50,414 nt of DNA from Stramenopiles sp. TOSAG23-2 (Eukaryota). The DNA lies in NCBI GenBank assembly GCA_900128395.1, contig LT649268.1, forward strand, positions 1 to 50,414, given 5' to 3'. How positions within the stretch are numbered: the first letter of the stretch is position 1; each line of letters begins with the position of its first letter. Of this stretch, positions 43,333 through 50,414 are shown piece by piece. The notes below the pieces were generated by a model, which worked only from the letters and a program-made list of their open reading frames with translations, made no database searches and was not told where the DNA came from. A program made the translations under genes and the position numbers.

Positions 43333-46300
43333 ATGGCAGCTCCAATTACCAGTGGATCGTTGGAAAAGCAAGAATTTGGAAAATTGTCTCAGAAGTCAAA
43401 GACGCATTTTTTAATTGGTCCACCGCCAGAGGAAGAAGATTTAATAATTATAAAAGAGGAACAAATATCTCTTGTTAACGACGATAATAATAATAATAAT
43501 AACAATGTAAATAATAATAATGTCGATTGTAGAGGAGAAGTAGAAACCGAAATCATGAACAATGTAAAACAGAACTTGAAGATATCGTCGTTACCAAAAT
43601 TAACAAAAAGTAACAATAATAATGTAAATAACAATAGCTCTCATTCAGCAACTTCTAACTTGCCAAAACTAATGAAAACAAACAACAATAATAATAATAA
43701 TAATAGTATAGACAACAAATTGTATAAAGAAAAGCAAAAGAAGAAGAAGAAGAAGAAATCAGATCAAAAAAATAGGAAAAAGAAAAAAATTATGAGTCTC
43801 GATGAAATGGCAAGAATACGGGAAACGGATAAATTTGTTGCGGCTGCAAGTGAAGGTAGATTGGAAGAAGTAGTATATCGAATACGACATGGACAAGAAG
43901 TAGATGCAAAAGATAGTGATAGGAAATTTACTGCTATGTTATATGCAGCAAAATTTGGGCGTAACAAATGTTTGCGTGTTTTGCTAGAGTATGGTGCAGA
44001 GGTAAACCAAAGACATATAGATTCACAAAAAACTGCCATACATTTTGCTAGTGAATCAGGTAGAGCAAATGAGGTACAAGTATTATTAGATGCTGGTGCA
44101 GACAAGACAATGGAAGATAAAGATGGTAATACACCTTTAAGCTTGTGTGAGGAGTATCATTTTGAAGAAGTCCGTGCTAAATTACGAGATCCACCTTTAA
44201 TCATGGAGACACCTTTGGCATTAGAGTTTTCCACAACACATGTTTCTTTTAAATGGACCGAACCGGTAAGTTTGGGGGCAGACATTGACGAATACCGTAT
44301 TGTATGGAAACTTGAATCTGGTGGACCATGGATGGAAAGCACAAAACCAAATAAATTAGATTTACAATGGGATGAAGAAGGTTTTGGTTACGGAGATCCA
44401 ATCAGTGAAATTTCCCCGAAATTGCGTAATTATACACTTTCGAATTTAGCACCAGCATGTACAATTACCCTTGCTATGCGTGCACATAATATGGCAGGAT
44501 TTGGGCCACTTAGTAAACAATTAGTCATGAAAACATCGCCTGATATACCAGGTGTTCCTACGAATTTACAATATGTTAATAAGACGGCAACTTCAATAAA
44601 TTATACCTTTGATTTCCCATTAGATTATGGAGATCCGATCGATTATTATCAGTTTTTCTATCGTGTACATCATCCAGATCCAACGGATGCTGTTGCAGTT
44701 GAAATATTCAATGCTGCGTTAGAAGATGGCCGTGTAGTACCTGATGTGTGGGTTCCATACCCAAGGCGTATTACATCTTCTAATGCGGCAATTGTTAATT
44801 TAGAGCCTGGTACAACTTATGATTTTAAATTACGTGCTCATAATGGTATAGGATACAGCGATTTTAGTGAAATTACCGAGACACGGCGTACGGATGATGC
44901 ACCTTATTTAGTACGTAAGACTAAATTTTCTATCACTGTTGCATGGACTGCACAAACAGGTGCCTTGAAATATGAAATGCAATATCAGGAAAATAAAATG
45001 GCACACATGTGGGCCACGGTATCTAGTGCGATTCGCGGAGCGGAATGCACATGTGAAAATTTATTTCCTGCAAGAGAATATCGTTTTCGTATACGTGCAT
45101 TTCAAGAACAAGGTTGGGCATCGTATGAAGGTAGCGCACTAAGTCAATGGATTGAAACGAAACATGACATAACAGATCCTCCTGGTATACCAACATTGAA
45201 AAGTGTGGGTATTTGGAATATAGAAGTTGAATGGCCACCTCCAGAAATTTTAAATGGAGAACCGGTAGATCGATATGAAGTACAAATGATGCAAATGACG
45301 ATTGATCCATTTGACACAACAGAGACGCGTACATTGGAGGAAATACAAGTGTGGCAATCGTTATCAATGCAATGTATTGGTGAAGCTTGGAATGCGATTA
45401 ATTTAGCGCCAGGTATATCATATCGGTTCCGCGTTCGCGCGCATAATTTAATTGGATGGAGTTTATTTGGGGAAGTGTCTGAAAATTTTACAACTAGACC
45501 AAAAGAACCGGATCAAATGGAACCGCCATCCGTCATTGCATTAAGTCCATATAGTATAAAATTGAATTGGGTAACACCGATTGAAAATGGTCGTCCTGTG
45601 ACAAATTATCAAGTAGAGCAATGGCAGCTAAGTGTTGATCAAAACGATACTGTTGATACGATTGATGGGGTGAAAGGATGGAACACGGTTGAAGCAGTGT
45701 TTAATGAAGTTGGCAATGCATTGACGTATACCATACCGGCAATTGATATTCCACACTACCCATTTTATCGCAAGACAAAAGGATTGAAACCTGGTTTAAT
45801 GTATAAATACCGAGTTAAAGCAATGAATGCAGTGGGATGGAGTCCATGGAGCGATGAGAGTGCTCCAGTTGAAACATATCCAGCAAAACCTTTTGTTCCT
45901 CCAAAAATACCATGGTTGGCCAGCGATACAACTACGTCCTCCATATTGGTTAAATGGACAAAACCACTTACGCTTGGTGCACCTATTGATGCATATGAAA
46001 TTCAACAAATGCAATTGTCAATTGATCCTAATGATCACTCTCGGGAGTTAAAAGACGTTAAGTTTTGGAAATCATTTGAGTATATATATAGAGAGGGAAA
46101 CATTTTTTCTGGAAAATTAGATGAACCTAAGCTTCATTTTCAAGCATGTGATTTAGAACCTGGCATTAAATATAAATACCGTATACGGTGTAGAAATTTT
46201 GTAGACTGGAGTCCATTCACTGGCGATAGTGATATTTTCACCACGAAACCTATTGAACCAAACCAACCAAAGAGACCCCTAACAGTAGATCGCTTTACAA

Positions 46301-47367
46301 CAAGTTCGTCTGTAGGTGTAAAATGGGAAGCGCCGATGACAAATGGTGCACCAATTATTGAGTACCAAGTGGATATGAAACAATTATCTGTTGATCTTTC
46401 CTATACAGCAGTTGGTGGGTATAAATCCATCGGTGGTAATTTTGGTTCAGAAGATGCGCCAATTACGAAGAAAAAAAGACCATGGGTAACCGTTTCATGC
46501 GCTGATATCTTAGACTTTTGTCAAGACGGACTAGAACCTGGTATTAAATTTCATTTTCGCGTTCGATGTCGAAACTCCGTTGGTTGGTCTTTATGGAGTG
46601 AAATATCTGATGTTATACGAACACTTCCAACCATCCCTGATAAAGTAGAAGGTGTAGAATTTACTACTATAAAAGCTAGAGAAGTTGCGATTAAATGGAC
46701 TTTACCACTATGTCGTGGAGTTATTATTGATTCCTACGAAGTGCAATATCAAGGAAAATCATGGAAAGAGGTTGAAAATGTTATTGAAATTGTTAAGGAA
46801 AATGAAGGTGGCAAAGAGGATGAGTTGAAAGAAGAAAATGTTGATGACAACGAAAGGATACCAGAAGCAGAAAAAGAAATGAAGCTGGTACCCAATGAAT
46901 GGGAAACAATTAAAGTAGTTGTAGCACCATTAATGAGATTTACGTTGGCAAAATTGTTACCGTGGACAGAACATCGATTTCGTATCCGTGCTCATGCACA
47001 TGGTTGGAGTGAATATAGTCAGCCAACACAGTGGGGTCGCACACTTGCAACAAAACCTCCACCACCTAATGCGCCGACATTGGTAGTCCGTACACATAGC
47101 TTATTAAGTGTGAAATGGGAACATTACCACGGACCGATGGATTCTAGTATAAGTAATGGAAGCTCTCTCATTGCATATGAATTACAATATCGTGTTGGAC
47201 GCGATCCAACTTGGATTCCATTGATGGAAGATATGCTGATGTCACATGAGCAATGGGGTTGTGCATCTGTTGTACCGCATTATTTTAGAGTAAGAGCATT
47301 AAATAGCGAAGGATGGAGTGAATATTCTCCTGAGAGTGAAGAAATGAGACCACGTAGAAGTGTATAA
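43333..47367 (+). CDS. ankyrin repeat + about 9 fibronectin type III domain protein
   Basis: TAMLYAAKFG, TAIHFASESG, GNTPL ankyrins; repeated W..P...G.PI..Y.V and L.PG..Y.FR.RA.N..GWS; ORF open from 43237, start 43333 preferred. Confidence 0.92.
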   Translation: MAAPITSGSLEKQEFGKLSQKSKTHFLIGPPPEEEDLIIIKEEQISLVNDDNNNNNNNVNNNNVDCRGEVETEIMNNVKQNLKISSLPKLTKSNNNNVNNNSSHSATSNLPKLMKTNNNNNNNNSIDNKLYKEKQKKKKKKKSDQKNRKKKKIMSLDEMARIRETDKFVAAASEGRLEEVVYRIRHGQEVDAKDSDRKFTAMLYAAKFGRNKCLRVLLEYGAEVNQRHIDSQKTAIHFASESGRANEVQVLLDAGADKTMEDKDGNTPLSLCEEYHFEEVRAKLRDPPLIMETPLALEFSTTHVSFKWTEPVSLGADIDEYRIVWKLESGGPWMESTKPNKLDLQWDEEGFGYGDPISEISPKLRNYTLSNLAPACTITLAMRAHNMAGFGPLSKQLVMKTSPDIPGVPTNLQYVNKTATSINYTFDFPLDYGDPIDYYQFFYRVHHPDPTDAVAVEIFNAALEDGRVVPDVWVPYPRRITSSNAAIVNLEPGTTYDFKLRAHNGIGYSDFSEITETRRTDDAPYLVRKTKFSITVAWTAQTGALKYEMQYQENKMAHMWATVSSAIRGAECTCENLFPAREYRFRIRAFQEQGWASYEGSALSQWIETKHDITDPPGIPTLKSVGIWNIEVEWPPPEILNGEPVDRYEVQMMQMTIDPFDTTETRTLEEIQVWQSLSMQCIGEAWNAINLAPGISYRFRVRAHNLIGWSLFGEVSENFTTRPKEPDQMEPPSVIALSPYSIKLNWVTPIENGRPVTNYQVEQWQLSVDQNDTVDTIDGVKGWNTVEAVFNEVGNALTYTIPAIDIPHYPFYRKTKGLKPGLMYKYRVKAMNAVGWSPWSDESAPVETYPAKPFVPPKIPWLASDTTTSSILVKWTKPLTLGAPIDAYEIQQMQLSIDPNDHSRELKDVKFWKSFEYIYREGNIFSGKLDEPKLHFQACDLEPGIKYKYRIRCRNFVDWSPFTGDSDIFTTKPIEPNQPKRPLTVDRFTTSSSVGVKWEAPMTNGAPIIEYQVDMKQLSVDLSYTAVGGYKSIGGNFGSEDAPITKKKRPWVTVSCADILDFCQDGLEPGIKFHFRVRCRNSVGWSLWSEISDVIRTLPTIPDKVEGVEFTTIKAREVAIKWTLPLCRGVIIDSYEVQYQGKSWKEVENVIEIVKENEGGKEDELKEENVDDNERIPEAEKEMKLVPNEWETIKVVVAPLMRFTLAKLLPWTEHRFRIRAHAHGWSEYSQPTQWGRTLATKPPPPNAPTLVVRTHSLLSVKWEHYHGPMDSSISNGSSLIAYELQYRVGRDPTWIPLMEDMLMSHEQWGCASVVPHYFRVRALNSEGWSEYSPESEEMRPRRSV

Positions 47368-47593
47368 ACTTTTGGTGTGATGTGTTATAAAAATAAAAAA
47401 TATATGTGTTTTCGTGTGTTATTTTCGTAAAGGAACAAAAATAGTGTACAATAACTACGTAATTACACCCGAACGTACGACTTCTTTACAACATGAAAAA
47501 TGATTACACGAAATCGTGATATAAAAAAAATACGACTCGTATAATATTTTTTTTACATAAATATTTGTATATATATTTTATTAAATATTTTTT

Positions 47594-48133
47594 TTACAAC
47601 GTATTGCCACTATTTATGACATGATAATATCCACCAGCAAGAATACCTTTTCCTAAATTATCACGATGATTTAAAATATATCGAGTTGTGTATTCCTTTC
47701 GCTTTAATTTTAAATTCAATGTTGTAGATGATTGTTGTCTACTTCTATTTTTCCTAAGTTTTTTTGCTTTTCTCCTTCTAATAGGAGAGGCTGATGATGG
47801 TCTTTGTGGGCTTTTCTTTTTTTTAATTGGGGAAGTATTCATTAATTGTATAGAAGAAACATTAGATGATGATGATGATAATAATTGCTTTGTAATAGAT
47901 CGCTTTTCAATTTCTTCTAAGTAATAATCTAGATTATTATATAATTCGCTCATTGATAATTGTTGAATCATTGATCGATGATGTTGTCGTCTAGGTGTTG
48001 TTCGATAAAATTTGTCATCATCGTGATTTTTTTTGTAGGTTTTTGAATCTTCTGGTATAATAATACTCTCACTTCCATCATCTTCAATTTTTATCTTAGG
48101 AGTTTGGGGTAACACAATGTCAATATTGTTCAA
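47594..48133 (-). CDS. hypothetical basic protein, 5' end unclear
   Basis: Open frame with host-like composition (RPSSASP) but TTG start; lies next to the terminal repeat region. Confidence 0.5.
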   Translation of the reverse strand: MNNIDIVLPQTPKIKIEDDGSESIIIPEDSKTYKKNHDDDKFYRTTPRRQHHRSMIQQLSMSELYNNLDYYLEEIEKRSITKQLLSSSSSNVSSIQLMNTSPIKKKKSPQRPSSASPIRRRKAKKLRKNRSRQQSSTTLNLKLKRKEYTTRYILNHRDNLGKGILAGGYYHVINSGNTL

Positions 48134-48374
48134 TTAATAAAATGTATTTAATCAATGTTTACTCAAGTATCCTGATATGTGTCGTCTGTCAATTGATTCA
48201 AATATTGGAACTTATGAACTATTATTCCAGAGAAAATAACAATCAAAGTATAACCGATCTCTGCTATAGCTAATGCGTAATGCACCAATGCACCGTTATT
48301 AGCTCTCCAGGCTCTCTCCTTCTATACTACTGTCCTGTCCTGTCTGTAGTACGAGGAGGCCTAACAAATGATTG

Positions 48375-48915
48375 TACTGTAATCCCTAGATTTTGGGCTA
48401 CCAGGGGATTATAATACGATTCCGCCCCATAAAAAATTAAATTTCCGCAAAAGTTGTAGGAAAGTTGGAATTACTACCACACAGCATAGGCTCAACTTTG
48501 CCGAAAAGTCCCAACGCCAAAAATGAACTCATCGAACTTTTTCAGCTAAAATCCTTAAACCAGGCCTCAAAATTGAACACCCCCCACCCCCACTACCCGA
48601 CCACCCGACATAAAACGGAGCAGCTCTATGCCTGTAATACGGTGTGGTAGCGTGCAAAAAATTTGACCAATCTCGTATTGTACTTATTATAATATTTTGG
48701 TATTCTTTATTCTACCAGGTATACTGTATACTGTAATCCCTAGATTTTGGGCTACCAGGGGATTATAATACGATTCCGCCCCATAAAAAATTTAATTTCC
48801 GCAAAAGTTGTAGGAAAGTTGGAATTACTACCACACAGCATAGGCTCAACTTTGCCGAAAAGTCCCAACGCCAAAAATGAACTCATCGAACTTTTTCAGC
48901 TAAAATCCTTAAACC
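48375..48915 (+). repeat. 187-bp direct repeat (48375-48561 and 48729-48915), one mismatch
   Basis: Aligned by eye from TACTGTAATCCC to ATCCTTAAACC. Confidence 0.95.
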
Positions 48916-50127
48916 GACCCCAATCCTTATGCAATCTGGGGGTCCAAAGCCCATCGCGTCTGGAAAAATGCCTATTTTCAAAGCATGGCCTTTCACATAA
49001 AAAGTCTGATACGAACACCTCATTCGGATATTTTGATGTATGTCAAACATATTTTTTTCAGAAACCGGATTTATGAACGTTCGTGCGTTCGTTACAAAAG
49101 TTTGATTATTTTTAGGCATCTTTGATACTTTCTGCTCAATCTAGCCCGAACAACCCTTGCATGAGGGTATTAATATCTTGCCCGGCTTGCAACATGTGTA
49201 CAACGGGTGCCAACAATTGTTTAACGTTATTCATATAATATCGTCCACAGGCACATGTACCTCCTGCCAAGCTGGAAAATTTGGCAATTTAATTAATAAA
49301 GCAACGGAAGCCGAAGGTTGCCCTTTGAGCTGTCCTGCAGGAAAATACGGTATAGCGTCATGCATATTTGACTCACGAAATTTGGCATCGGTTACATCTA
49401 TTTTTAAATTTTGTATACCAACTATAATATCTGAACATGTTTAGTATTTTTTAATTTTTTGTGAGTCGTTCTTATTCTACTTATAGATGTATCAGATTTG
49501 ACTCACGAAAATCTTGACGGCGTGGAGTACACTATTTGTAACAAATTACCTATGTACATTCGTACTTGAACACTATACTCACCCTCGAAATCTGATTTCA
49601 TTTTTTCTATGGCAATTTGCTCGTCTAATGCTAAACACATGCTTTTCATTTTTGCACTACATGTATTTTTGATTAGCAGGTAGACATCACCTCGACGACT
49701 GGATATCCTTTTTGCTTGTTTTCAAGTTTTTTTACATGGAAATAGCGTTATGAAAAATAGAAGATGTAAAAATACCATAAATTATTTTTATCCATGTAAT
49801 ATATTACTATTTTTGTATTCCATTATGATTAACCGTTTATATTAGTGCCATCATCCATAAAGGTATGTTATATCTACAAATATCCGTGTTGTACACCTGC
49901 TGCGGACTTTTTGAAAATCTGTTTGAAGCTGTTGGAATTAGTGCTATTCGCCTGGGAGTTCTCCACCGTGTTGGGATGTTTAAGTACGGTGGAGAGCTAT
50001 CAACAAAGTGTACGGCTTTCATGTTTTAGGAGTTAAGTATTTTAGTATATTTAGCAGGCACACACTATGGTCTAATGCTATTTCCGTGTATAACGTTAAG
50101 TTGGTGTGAATTTTCTAGGGATTACTG
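48731..50127. mobile_element. putative non-autonomous TIR DNA transposon, TA-flanked (Tc1/mariner/pogo-like ends)
   Basis: Left TA|CTGTAATCCCTAGA, right TCTAGGGATTACTG|TA (14-bp TIR, 1 mismatch); no transposase ORF. Confidence 0.6.
49251..49349 (+). other. 99-nt exon-like segment encoding a Cys-rich repeat (TCTSCQAGKFG..GCPLSCPAGKY)
   Basis: Bounded by CCACAG| and |GTATAG, symmetric phase 1-1; CxxCxAGKY repeats are typical of Cys-rich surface proteins. Confidence 0.55.
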
Positions 50128-50414
50128 TATATCAGGCCAATTAAAATCCAATATTTCTCTCGGGATTACTAAAACTGTATTAATAAGAATAAATGTGATA
50201 ATTTGGTTTTTTTGGTGATGCTTTGTTGTGCTTGCCTTGGGCTTGTTGTTGTTTGTAATTTTGTATTTGCACATTTTTTTGTTTGCCAGTTTGCACCACA
50301 ACACAGGTGCACCACTTCATTCTTTTTTGTTGAGTCTTACCACACATAATATCTTTTTTATCATCAAATAATAAATAGATGTGATGGTAGGAAAGGATAG
50401 ATATAGTGAATATA

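Noticed and set aside
48465..49119. Short ORFs in the terminal repeat as transposase remnants
   Set aside because: No DDE or HTH motifs; TTG-started frames in repeat DNA.
1..50414. CRISPR arrays, rRNA, tRNA, alternative genetic code
   Set aside because: No repeat-spacer periodicity or RNA gene signatures seen; long ORFs translate cleanly in the standard code.

Overview
AT-rich, gene-dense, intron-poor eukaryotic nuclear DNA using the standard code, with poly-Asn tracts and (TA)n runs before start codons. It is most consistent with a heterotrophic protist, probably a stramenopile (inference). About 22 protein genes: a myristoylated EF-hand protein (62-nt intron), a large unknown 2-TM protein, MAPEG, RtcA, TrmB, a truncated FYVE-channel fusion, a TPR-like protein, a type I membrane receptor-like protein, a tandem cNMP protein, a full-size COMATOSE-type ABCD transporter, a CpG-depleted SET-PHD-S1 gene, a stand-alone FAAL-ACP with a Cys/polybasic tail, TOM1-like VHS-UIM-GAT, a catalytically dead carboxylesterase with PTS1, FHIP/FAM160, PRELI-like and START-like lipid-transfer proteins, a GAF protein and an ankyrin-FN3 protein. 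Non-coding highlights: a 113-nt pre-miRNA-like hairpin at 33.4 kb, a recurrent intergenic palindrome TACCWGGTA, a 26-bp perfect palindrome near the left end, and a TA-flanked TIR element with a captured exon-like segment at the right end. All family calls come from motif recognition by eye; no searches were run.
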